The notes under the pieces: generated by a model
What the model saw: the letters and a program-made list of their open reading frames with translations, nothing else
The model's database searches: none
Told to the model about the DNA's origin: nothing
Position numbers and translations under genes: made by a program
Origin: Gemmatimonadales bacterium
GTDB lineage: Bacteria > Gemmatimonadota > Gemmatimonadetes > Gemmatimonadales > GWC2-71-9
DNA length: 64,000 nt
Direction of reading: 5' to 3'
NCBI GenBank assembly: GCA_048499805.1
Contig: JASNZF010000004.1
Location: forward strand, 224,067 to 288,066
Part shown: piece by piece, positions 9,790 through 18,309 of the stretch
How positions within the stretch are numbered: position 1 is the stretch's first letter
How the letters are laid out: every line of letters starts with the position of its first letter

Positions 9790-10287
9790 ATGTCCCTGCT
9801 TCGCAAACTGGCGAAGTCGGTTCCCCTGGCGCTGGGCATCATCACCCTCGGGGCGCTCCAGGCGACCGCCCAGGACTCGCCCGCGGCTCCGGAGCCCAGC
9901 CGTGACCTGATCGTTCGTGCCGAGCTGGTGAAGGTGGCCGCCCGGTCGCCGGACCTGCTCCGGGCGGTGCGCAGCCTCCGGTCGCACATGGTGGACACGA
10001 CCCGGGGGTCCAGTCGGGGGGTGCGCTCGATGGACGTTGAGGCCCCGGGCAGGACGGCCACCGGGGCCTCGGGCGGGGTGGGGGCCACCCGCAACACCCC
10101 GGCCCCGACCCCGATCCTGTACGTGGACGGGAAGCGCATCGGGCACCTGACCCTGATGCAGGACATCCTGACGGCAGAGGTGGAGGAGGTGAAATACCTC
10201 AACCCGAACCGCGCGGCAGGGGAGCTGGGCCTGGGACACGAGGGTGGGGCCATCATGGTCAAGATGCATCGACCATCCGCACCCTAG
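9790..10287 (+). CDS. Small secreted protein resembling a stand-alone TonB-dependent-receptor plug domain (165 aa from the internal ATG at 9790)
   Basis: Signal peptide MSLLRKLAKSVPLALGIITLGALQATAQ. The segment ...LLRAVRSLRSHMV...PILYVDGKRIGH...AEVEEVKYLNPNRAAGELGLGHEGGAIMVKMHRP has the same order of motifs as the SusC plug in this window (..VRALQGKVAGVRI..PLIIIDDV..IESIEVVKGAAGASLYGTRAANGVITIRTK). A paralog follows at 10443. Confidence 0.45.
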   Translation: MSLLRKLAKSVPLALGIITLGALQATAQDSPAAPEPSRDLIVRAELVKVAARSPDLLRAVRSLRSHMVDTTRGSSRGVRSMDVEAPGRTATGASGGVGATRNTPAPTPILYVDGKRIGHLTLMQDILTAEVEEVKYLNPNRAAGELGLGHEGGAIMVKMHRPSAP

Positions 10288-10442
10288 CCGAGACGACCGC
10301 ACAGGGGGCGTCCCGGTGGGGTCAGCAGGTACCCCGGTGAAACGATTTGTCCAAGCCGGGCGTCCATCCCTTAGTGGGGACGGTCGGGGCGGGAAGGGAC
10401 TCGATGCCGGGATGACCTGAGAACGCCCAGGGAGGGATCCGA

Positions 10443-10865
10443 ATGCAGACCCGATGGTTGTGGACGACGGCGGTACTGGTTGTCACCCTTGGACCGACAC
10501 TGGCGGCCCAGGAGGAGCCGCGGCGACAGGCCCGCGACCGGGACGTGATCAGCCGGGCGGAGCTGGTGGAGTCGGCCCAGAAGAACCAGGACCTGCTCAA
10601 GGCGGTCAAGAGTCTCCGTTCGCACTTTCTTCGGCCCCCTCCCGGGGTCCGGAGCATGACGGGGAATCGGGTCGCCCCGATCCAGCTCTACGTGGATGGC
10701 ATCCGGCAGGCGGAAGTCGAGTCGCTGGTGCTGATCCAGACCATCGACGCAGAGGAAGTCCGCTATCTCGATCCGGGGAAGGCCCAGGATCTCTACGGCA
10801 TCACCCACAACGGCGGCGCGATCCAGGTCAAGCTGTACAAGGGGCCCAAGCCCACCCCGCCGTGA
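10443..10865 (+). CDS. Paralog of 9790..10287: small secreted plug-domain-like protein (140 aa)
   Basis: Signal peptide with AAQ cleavage. Shares RAELVxxAxxxxDLLKAVKSLRSH...IQLYVDGIRQ...AEEVRYLDPGKAQDLYGITHNGGAIQVKLYKGP with the neighbouring ORF at roughly 40% identity. Confidence 0.45.
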   Translation: MQTRWLWTTAVLVVTLGPTLAAQEEPRRQARDRDVISRAELVESAQKNQDLLKAVKSLRSHFLRPPPGVRSMTGNRVAPIQLYVDGIRQAEVESLVLIQTIDAEEVRYLDPGKAQDLYGITHNGGAIQVKLYKGPKPTPP

Positions 10866-10936
10866 CAGGTGGAGGGGACGCAAGCGGGGGTGCACCGACA
10901 TTGCCGTGCCCCCGCCTGAGTTGTTAATTCCGCAGG

Positions 10937-12019
10937 ATGAGCGCCCCCGCGGCCGTGCGGTCCACGCCGGCCATCCTGACCCCCGCCGTCGACCTGCTGT
11001 GCGTGGGCGGACTGTCCCTCCTGGTCCTCGTCCCCCTCCTCGTGAGCGGGATCGACCATCTTGGCTTCATTACGATTGGCGTGCTGGCCTGGGCGCAGGC
11101 GCTGCTGAACTACACCCACTTCATGGCCTCGTACCGGATCGTCTACCGCAGCCGGGAGATGATCCTGCGCCACAAGTGGGCCTCGATCGGCATTCCCGCC
11201 ATCCTGGGCGGCGCCATGGTCGCCGCCCTGCTCGAGGCGCAGGCCGGCGGGAGGATCCTGCTCACGGTGTTCTTCGCCGTGGCGAGCGGCTACCTGGCCT
11301 GGCACTACACCGGCCAGGTGTGGGGAATGATGGCCTCCTATGCCCATCTCGAAGGGGTCCCGTTCGATCGTGGTGAACGGCTGCTGGTCCGGACCGGGCT
11401 GCGGATCCTGCTGGCGTGGCACGTCCTCTGGTTCCTGAAGACCGCGCTGCAGGACCCGGGCCCCGTGGCGGCCCTCTTTCCGGTGGTCAGCGCCGGGGCG
11501 GTCCTGGCACTGGCGCTGGGTGCCGTGGGCCTCTGGAAGCTGCGGATGCGGACGGGCCGGGTGCCCCCTGGACGGGTGCTGGTGCCGTGGCTCGCGATCT
11601 TCGTCTGGTACGCGGCGCTGGCTCGGTGGGGGCTCCCGGCCCTCTTCCTGGTGCAGGCGTTCCATGCGCTCCAGTACCTGGAGTTCCCGGTGCGGGTGGA
11701 GCTCAACCGGGCGATGCGAGATGCGCCCGGACGCACCGTGGGAAGGATGACCGCGTACACCGTGGTGCTGCTCCTGGCCGCCATTGCCGCCATGCTTGTG
11801 GTGCCCGGCCCCGCGATGAGCGTCGTGGCCGACCTCCTTGGCGCCGGCCGGGAGACCCTGGTGCCGGTCCTGGTGATGTACATCATCAACATCCACCACT
11901 ACTTCACCGACGGTGTGGTCTGGAAGATCAGCAACCCGGAGGTGCGGCGCGAGCTCTTTGCGCACCTCGTCCCAGCCCCCCCGGGGCCCGGGGTCGCGAG
12001 GATCCCGAAGCGCCGGTAG
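10937..12019 (+). CDS. Polytopic integral membrane protein of unknown family (360 aa, about 8 TM segments)
   Basis: Long ORF with multiple hydrophobic helices. Conserved-looking HHYFTDGVVWK motif near the C-terminus. No family recognised. Confidence 0.5.
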   Translation: MSAPAAVRSTPAILTPAVDLLCVGGLSLLVLVPLLVSGIDHLGFITIGVLAWAQALLNYTHFMASYRIVYRSREMILRHKWASIGIPAILGGAMVAALLEAQAGGRILLTVFFAVASGYLAWHYTGQVWGMMASYAHLEGVPFDRGERLLVRTGLRILLAWHVLWFLKTALQDPGPVAALFPVVSAGAVLALALGAVGLWKLRMRTGRVPPGRVLVPWLAIFVWYAALARWGLPALFLVQAFHALQYLEFPVRVELNRAMRDAPGRTVGRMTAYTVVLLLAAIAAMLVVPGPAMSVVADLLGAGRETLVPVLVMYIINIHHYFTDGVVWKISNPEVRRELFAHLVPAPPGPGVARIPKRR

Positions 12020-12163
12020 CGGTGGTAGACGAACCCCCGCCGCGGCCCGATGACGGAGCCATGACGACCCAGGGAATGCCCGGGGCCTCCTGCTGCTGAG
12101 TGGCGGAGAAGAGACTAGATTGCCGAGGTGGTCCCTCCATTTTCACCAGACGTGAGGTGCCCG

Positions 12164-13603
12164 ATGTCCCCCCGCTTCCGGTCATTGCTCGTGGTGCAGG
12201 TCGCGCTGCTGCTCGGCGGATGTGCCCGCACGCCAGACACCGATCCCCGCATGGTATCCGAGTGGATGCACACCCTGTACGGCGTGGTGCGCAGCGAGCG
12301 CATCGGCCCTCCCGTGGCCTCGCGCCTGCTGGGCTATCTCTCGATCGCCTTGTACGAGGGCATGGCCAGTGCCACCCCGGGGATGCCCACGCTGGCGGGG
12401 GCAGTCAACGGCATCTCCGCCCTTCCCGCCGCCGACCCCGCGCAGCGGTATGATGCCACCCTGGTGGCGGTCGAGGCGGAGCGCGCCGCGCTGGACTCGT
12501 TCATGGTGGCCGCGCTGCCCTCGACTCGGGCCACGCTGGGCCGGTTGGCCGACTCGCTCATCGCCGCTCGTACCGACCTGGGGATCGACCCGGCCGTGGT
12601 GGAGCGCTCCCTCGCGCTCGGGCGGCAGATCGGCGCCGCCGTCGTGGCGGCCTCGCGGAGCGACGGCTTCGCGGAGACACGAGGGCGTCCCTACGCGCCG
12701 CCGGCCGGTCCGGGGCTCTGGTACAACGATGCGCCGGGCGCGCTCTACTCAGCCCAGAGCGTCTCGGGGGTGACCGATTTCGTCGGGCTCGACAATCCCG
12801 CCAACACGATGCGGGCCGGCGCCGCGAGTGATCGTGGCCTGGTGCTGGACCGCCCCAAGGATCCCAATGCCACACTCCCGGCCCTGAACATCGCCGGCGT
12901 CACGGAGCCCTTCTGGCGCGAGATCCGCCCCTTCTTCCTGCGCACCTGGAATGAATGCACCATCGCCGACCCGCCGGCCTACTCCACCGACACCGCGTCG
13001 GCGATGTACCGCGACGCCCGCGAGGTGTACGACATCAAGGCGGCGCTGACCCCGGAGCAGCACACCATCGCGCTCTACTGGGCGGACAATCCGGGGGAGA
13101 CGGGGACGCCCGCGGGGCACTGGATCGCCATCGCCAGCCAGATGATCAGCGAGCGGCGGCTCTCGGCCCCCGAGGCGGCCCGGCTCTTCGTGGCGACGGC
13201 GACCGCGCAGTCCGATGCCTTCGTGGCCGCCTGGGGATACAAGTTCGAGTACAACCTGATCCGGCCCCGCGCCTACATTCGCCGCGTGATCGACCCCACC
13301 TGGGAGCCCGACATCCCGACCCCGCCGTTTCCCGAGTATCCGGCCGGGCATTCCACCCAGTCCACCGCCGCCGCCGGGGTCGCAGCGGCCCTCCTCGGCG
13401 ACACCCCGTTTGCCGACAGCACGAGTGTCAGCATCGGCCACGCCGTCCGGGAGTTTCCCTCGTTCAGTGCCGCCGCCGATGAGGCGGGGATGTCCCGGCT
13501 ATATGGGGGCATCCACTTCCGGGCCGGCAACGAGGCGGGCCGGGTCCTTGGCCGCTGCATCGCCGAGCGCGTCATGGAACGTCTGCCCTCCACGACGCAG
13601 TGA
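12164..13603 (+). CDS. PAP2-superfamily vanadium-haloperoxidase/acid-phosphatase-like lipoprotein
   Basis: Lipoprotein signal MSPRFRSLLVVQVALLLGGC (the ORF track starts at 12128; 12164 is the internal Met). PAP2/vanadium-haloperoxidase motifs are present: YNLIRPR (KxxxxxxRP-like), PEYPAGHS (PSGH) and SRLYGGIHFRAGNEAG (SRxxxxxHxxxD-like). Confidence 0.7.
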   Translation: MSPRFRSLLVVQVALLLGGCARTPDTDPRMVSEWMHTLYGVVRSERIGPPVASRLLGYLSIALYEGMASATPGMPTLAGAVNGISALPAADPAQRYDATLVAVEAERAALDSFMVAALPSTRATLGRLADSLIAARTDLGIDPAVVERSLALGRQIGAAVVAASRSDGFAETRGRPYAPPAGPGLWYNDAPGALYSAQSVSGVTDFVGLDNPANTMRAGAASDRGLVLDRPKDPNATLPALNIAGVTEPFWREIRPFFLRTWNECTIADPPAYSTDTASAMYRDAREVYDIKAALTPEQHTIALYWADNPGETGTPAGHWIAIASQMISERRLSAPEAARLFVATATAQSDAFVAAWGYKFEYNLIRPRAYIRRVIDPTWEPDIPTPPFPEYPAGHSTQSTAAAGVAAALLGDTPFADSTSVSIGHAVREFPSFSAAADEAGMSRLYGGIHFRAGNEAGRVLGRCIAERVMERLPSTTQ

Positions 13604-16600
13604 GGGCCCTCGGGCGGGGTGGTCGGCGGCTGGGGTTCGGGCTGGTCCTTGTTTGGGCGGGCGCGTGCACCACCCAGGCCGGTCCCGCCGAGTGGCACGA
13701 GGCGCCGGGATACCGGTGGAGTGAGCTGCGGGTGCCAAAGGGGACCGCAGGGTTCACCGCGATGTCGGGATCCCGGCTGGGCATCGACTTCCAGAACACC
13801 GTCAGCGACAGCGTGCTGGTGGGGAACCGGATGCTGGCCCAGGGGGCCGGTACCTGCCTGGGCGACGTGGACGGTGACGGGCTGGTGGACCTCTTCCTGG
13901 CCCGGACCGAGGGCGCCAACGCGCTCTACCGCAACCTCGGTGACTGGCGTTTCGAGGAGGTGGCCGCCTCCGCCGGGGTCCAGGCCGCTGACCGATTCTC
14001 GACCGGGTGTGCCCTGGCCGACGTCGAGGGTGATGGCGACCTGGACCTGGTGCTCCTCGCGACCCTCGGTCCCAACGCCATCTTCCTCAACGATGGCACG
14101 GGGCGGTTCACCGAGCACGGCGCCGATCTTGGCCTGGACGTGACCGGCCGTGGGGGCACCACAATCGCCCTGGCCGACGTGGACGGCAACGGCACCCTCG
14201 ACCTGTACACCGCCAACTACAAGCCGTACAGCCCGGTCGACATCATCTCGCCGCAACAGCGCGCGCCGAACCAGATTGTCCAGCAGACCGGTCCCACCAC
14301 CTACGAGGTGGTTCCGGAGCACCGGCAGGACTTCAAGCTGGTGATGCGGCCGGACATGGGCGGGCTCAACCTGACCATGCGGGCCGAGCCCGATGCCTTC
14401 TACCTGAACTCGGGGGGGCGCTTCACGGCGGTGCCGATGCCCACCGACCGGTTCCGCGCCGCCGACGGGCGACCCCTTGACCCCGCTCCCGAGTCCTTTG
14501 CCCTGGGCGCCCGGTTTGCGGACCTCAATGGCGATGGCGCCCCGGATCTGTACGTCGCCAACGACTTCGAGGATCCCGACCTCTTCTGGCTCAACGATGG
14601 CCAGGGGAACTTCCGGCTGGCGGACTGGCGGGTGCAGCGGCAGATGAGCAACTCCACGATGGGCACCGACGTGGGGGACATCAACGCCGACGGCCTGCCC
14701 GACCTGTTCATGACGGACATGCTCGGCGACGACAGCCGCCGGGTCAAGACCCAGATGCCCACCCATTCGCCCCAGCCCAAGCGCCCCGGCGACGCGACGA
14801 CCCAGCTCCAGTTGCAGCGCAACACGCTCTTCCTCAACCAGGGAGACGGCAGCTTCACCGAGATCTCCACCCTGGCAGGTGTCGCGGCGAGTGGCTGGTC
14901 ATGGGGCACGATGTTCCTGGACGTGGACCTCGACGGCTGGCAGGACCTGCTGGTTGCCACGGGGCACCCGTGGGACGTGATGGACGCCGACACCCAGGAG
15001 CGGCTCCAGAACCGCCTCACCGATGTCCCCTGGCAGCGCCAGCGATGGGAGTATCCCGCGCTCCCGCTCCCCAACCGGGCCTTCCGCAACCGCGGCGACC
15101 TGACCTTCGAGGATGCCGGAGGGGACTGGGGATTCGGCACGGAGGCGGACATTTCCCACGGGATGGCCGTTGGGGACCTCGATGGCGATGGCGACCTGGA
15201 TGTCGTGATCAATCGGCTCGGGGCCCCAGCGCTGGTCCTCCGCAACAACGCTCCGGCGCCCCGCGTGGCGGTCCGCCTGGTCGGCGATGCCCCGAACACC
15301 CGCGCGGTCGGTGCGCGGATCACGGTGCGGGGAGGCGCCAGCCCGATCCAGCGGCACGAAGTGACGGCTGGGGGCCTGTACCTCTCGCACAGCGACTACC
15401 TGGCCAGCTTCGCGACCGGTGCCGCCGACAGCGTGACGATCACCGTGGACTGGCGCGATGGCCGCCGCACGGTAATCACCGACGCACGGCCGAACCGCCT
15501 GTATGAGATCACCACCGCCACCGCCACGCTGCCGACCAACCCGGACTCGGCGCCTCCTCCGGCGCTCTTCGCCGATGCGAGCGCGCTGCTGGGTGGCCAT
15601 CAGCACTCCGAGCAGCCGTATGACGACTGGGCGCGCCAGTTCCTGCTGCCCAACGCCCTCTCGCAGGGTGGGCCCGGGGTGGCATGGTTCGATTTGGACC
15701 GGGACGGCGATGAGGACCTGGTGGTTGGGGCAGGGCAGGGTGGACGCCTCACGACTTTCCTGAACCAGAACGGGCGGTTCATCCTCCAGGCCGGCCCCAC
15801 CGCGCCGGCAGACCTGACGACGGTCCTGGGCCAGGCCACCGGCGGTGGAACGCGGCTGCTGCTCGGGCTCTCCAACTGGGAGGCGCGTGCACCCGAGCTG
15901 GTCATGGAGTCACCGGCTGCCCTCAGTGTCTCGTTCACCAGTGGCCGGATGGCCGCCTCCGCGAGCCCGCTCATCCCGCCACGATCCTCGGCCACCGGGC
16001 CGATGGCGCTGGGGGATTATTCCGGCGACGGGGTCCTCGACCTCTTTGTTGGCGGCCGAGCGCTGCCCGGTCGGTATCCCGCCCCGGCCTCCTCGATGCT
16101 CTTCCGTGGCGCGGCCGGCGGCTTCGTCCCCGACTCCGCGGCCGCGCCCGACCTGGCGGAAATCGGGCTGGTGACGGCGGCGAGTTTTGCCGACATCGAT
16201 GGCGATGGCGATGCCGATCTCATCCTGGCGCGCGAGTGGGGCACCCTGGTGCTGCTCCTCAACGAGGGTGGCCGGTATGTCCGGGCTCCCGAAACCTGGG
16301 GACTGGCCCGGTGGTCGAGTCGCTGGAATGGCGTGGCCACGGGGGACCTGGATGGTGATGGCCGCCTGGACCTGGTGGCCACCAGTTGGGGCCGCAACGT
16401 GCTCCTGGCCGCCGACTCCATCGCTCCGCTGGTCCTGGCCTATGGCCGCTTCGGGCGCACCGGACAGATCGAGATGATCCCCGCGCGAGACGACCCCCGG
16501 GTGGGTGGGCTCGCGCCCCTCTCCAGCTACGCCCGCGTCCGGGTCGGGTTCCCCGACCTGGCCAATCGCATCCGGAGTTTTGGCGCCTACGCCGATGCCA

Positions 16601-17292
16601 CGCTGGCCGAGGTGCTCGGCCCCGTCGCGGCGAGTGTCCAGCAGCTCGAGGCCAACACCATGGACCAGATGGTCTTCCTGAACCGGGGCGACCATTTCGT
16701 GGCGCTGGCGATGCCCAGGGAAGCCCAGTTCGCGCCTGCCTCCCACGCCAGCGTCGCCGATTTCGACGGCGACGGCAGGGAGGACGTGTTCCTGAGCCAG
16801 AACTTCTTTCCCACCCAGGTTGGGGCGCCCCGGTACGATGCCGGGCGCGGCCTCCTGCTGCTGGGTGACGGACAGGGCGGCCTGGTGGCGCTCTCCGCGG
16901 GCCGCTCCGGCATCGCGGTCCTCGGGGACCAGCGCGGCGCCGCCCACGCCGACTTCGATGGGGACGGCCGGCTGGACCTCGTCGTGACGCAGAATGCGGC
17001 CGAGACGCGGCTGTTCCGGAACCAGGCCGCGATTCCCGGGCTGCGGGTCCGGCTGGTGGGTCCGGCCGGAAACCCGGACGGCATTGGTGCCCAGGTGCGG
17101 CTGGTCTTTGGGGACGTCATGGGGCCGGTGCGCGAGGTGCAGGCGGGTTCGGGGTACTGGTCGCAGAATGGCGCGGTGCAGGTCTTCGGGGTGCCGACAC
17201 CCCCGTCGACGGTCTGGGTACGCTGGCCCGGGGGGGCCGAGACCCGCACGCCGGTTCCCCCGGGGGCGGTCGAGGTGGTGGTGCGACCCTGA
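13600..17292 (+). CDS. CRTAC1-family protein with FG-GAP/VCBS repeats and two ASPIC/UnbV domains (1230 aa), lipoprotein
   Basis: Signal LVLVWAGAC. Many xDxDGDGxxDL motifs (VGDVDGDGLVDLFLA, LADVEGDGDLDLVLL, LADVDGNGTLDLY and others). Two ASPIC/UnbV-like segments (RVAVRLVGDAPNTRAVGARITVRGG...HEVTAGGLYLSHSD; RVRLVGPAGNPDGIGAQVRLVFGD...VQAGSGYWSQNGAVQVFG). Confidence 0.8.
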   Translation: MRALGRGGRRLGFGLVLVWAGACTTQAGPAEWHEAPGYRWSELRVPKGTAGFTAMSGSRLGIDFQNTVSDSVLVGNRMLAQGAGTCLGDVDGDGLVDLFLARTEGANALYRNLGDWRFEEVAASAGVQAADRFSTGCALADVEGDGDLDLVLLATLGPNAIFLNDGTGRFTEHGADLGLDVTGRGGTTIALADVDGNGTLDLYTANYKPYSPVDIISPQQRAPNQIVQQTGPTTYEVVPEHRQDFKLVMRPDMGGLNLTMRAEPDAFYLNSGGRFTAVPMPTDRFRAADGRPLDPAPESFALGARFADLNGDGAPDLYVANDFEDPDLFWLNDGQGNFRLADWRVQRQMSNSTMGTDVGDINADGLPDLFMTDMLGDDSRRVKTQMPTHSPQPKRPGDATTQLQLQRNTLFLNQGDGSFTEISTLAGVAASGWSWGTMFLDVDLDGWQDLLVATGHPWDVMDADTQERLQNRLTDVPWQRQRWEYPALPLPNRAFRNRGDLTFEDAGGDWGFGTEADISHGMAVGDLDGDGDLDVVINRLGAPALVLRNNAPAPRVAVRLVGDAPNTRAVGARITVRGGASPIQRHEVTAGGLYLSHSDYLASFATGAADSVTITVDWRDGRRTVITDARPNRLYEITTATATLPTNPDSAPPPALFADASALLGGHQHSEQPYDDWARQFLLPNALSQGGPGVAWFDLDRDGDEDLVVGAGQGGRLTTFLNQNGRFILQAGPTAPADLTTVLGQATGGGTRLLLGLSNWEARAPELVMESPAALSVSFTSGRMAASASPLIPPRSSATGPMALGDYSGDGVLDLFVGGRALPGRYPAPASSMLFRGAAGGFVPDSAAAPDLAEIGLVTAASFADIDGDGDADLILAREWGTLVLLLNEGGRYVRAPETWGLARWSSRWNGVATGDLDGDGRLDLVATSWGRNVLLAADSIAPLVLAYGRFGRTGQIEMIPARDDPRVGGLAPLSSYARVRVGFPDLANRIRSFGAYADATLAEVLGPVAASVQQLEANTMDQMVFLNRGDHFVALAMPREAQFAPASHASVADFDGDGREDVFLSQNFFPTQVGAPRYDAGRGLLLLGDGQGGLVALSAGRSGIAVLGDQRGAAHADFDGDGRLDLVVTQNAAETRLFRNQAAIPGLRVRLVGPAGNPDGIGAQVRLVFGDVMGPVREVQAGSGYWSQNGAVQVFGVPTPPSTVWVRWPGGAETRTPVPPGAVEVVVRP

Positions 17293-17377
17293 TAGATTAA
17301 GGGGTTCCCCGGTCCTGGCGTCCTTGCCGGAAGGTCCGGCCGCCACCCCGGTCATCCCCCTGTTCCCGAGCTGCCCC

Positions 17378-18298
17378 ATGCATCGCCTTCATCGTGCCAC
17401 GCTTCGTGTCAGTACCGTCGCCGTCCTGGCCATCGGGTGCACCCCCGCCGACCAGGACGCGCCGACTCCCGAGCCCCTGCCGGCCAACACCATCACCATC
17501 GCCGACCCGGGATTCGCCACCCCGGAGTCGATCCTGCACGACAACTACGCCGACCTCTACCTCGTCTCCAACATCAACGGCAACCCGCTCGAGGCCGATG
17601 GCAACGGGTTCATCTCCCGGGTGTCGCCGATCGGCGACGTGCAGCTCAGGTGGATCGACGGCGCCACACCAGGTGTCACCCTGAATGCGCCCAAGGGCAT
17701 GGCAACCCTCGGGGACTATCTCTACGTGGCCGACATCAACACCCTGCGCTGGTTCGACCGGAACACCGGGGAGCCCCGGGGCGCGCTCGAAGTGCCGGGG
17801 GCCACCTTCCTGAACGACGTGGTGGCCCACCCGGAAGGCGGGGTCTACTTCTCCGACACCGGGATGCGGGCAGGAGCCAACGGGTTTGAGCCGGCCGGGA
17901 CCGATGCCATCTATCGCCTCAACCCCGACATGAGCCTCGACACGCTCGCCCGCGGCGAGCAGCTCGGCCACCCGAACGGGCTGGCCCTCTCGGGGGACAG
18001 CCTCTGGGTGGTCACGTTCGGCTCGAACGAGCTCTACCGGCTGGAGAACGGGGCCAAGGTGGATGTGACCACCCTGTCCAAGGGCAGCCTCGATGGTCTC
18101 GTGATCTTCGGGCGGATGGTCTTCATCTCCAGCTGGGAGGGGTCGTCGATCTTCCGGGGCACGCTGGGCGGACCGATCCACGAGATCCTGACCGGCGTGC
18201 CATCGCCCGCCGACATCGGGCATGACGCCTTTCAGCACCGGCTGCTGATCCCCCTCTTCAGCGACAACCAACTCAAGCTCGTGCCACTGGCGTTCTAG
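17378..18298 (+). CDS. Beta-propeller lipoprotein (SMP-30/gluconolactonase/LRE-like or NHL-like)
   Basis: Internal Met with lipoprotein signal MHRLHRATLRVSTVAVLAIGCTP. Repeated hydrophobic/Gly-rich blade-like segments (YLYVADINTLRWFDRNTGEP, GGVYFSDTG, SLWVVTFGSNELYRL). Confidence 0.4.
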   Translation: MHRLHRATLRVSTVAVLAIGCTPADQDAPTPEPLPANTITIADPGFATPESILHDNYADLYLVSNINGNPLEADGNGFISRVSPIGDVQLRWIDGATPGVTLNAPKGMATLGDYLYVADINTLRWFDRNTGEPRGALEVPGATFLNDVVAHPEGGVYFSDTGMRAGANGFEPAGTDAIYRLNPDMSLDTLARGEQLGHPNGLALSGDSLWVVTFGSNELYRLENGAKVDVTTLSKGSLDGLVIFGRMVFISSWEGSSIFRGTLGGPIHEILTGVPSPADIGHDAFQHRLLIPLFSDNQLKLVPLAF

Positions 18299-18309
18299 GA
18301 CCCGGCCTC

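Noticed and set aside
12128-12163. Start of the haloperoxidase-like gene at 12128
   Set aside because: The first 12 codons precede the canonical lipoprotein signal beginning at Met 12164. The shorter form is preferred, but this is uncertain.
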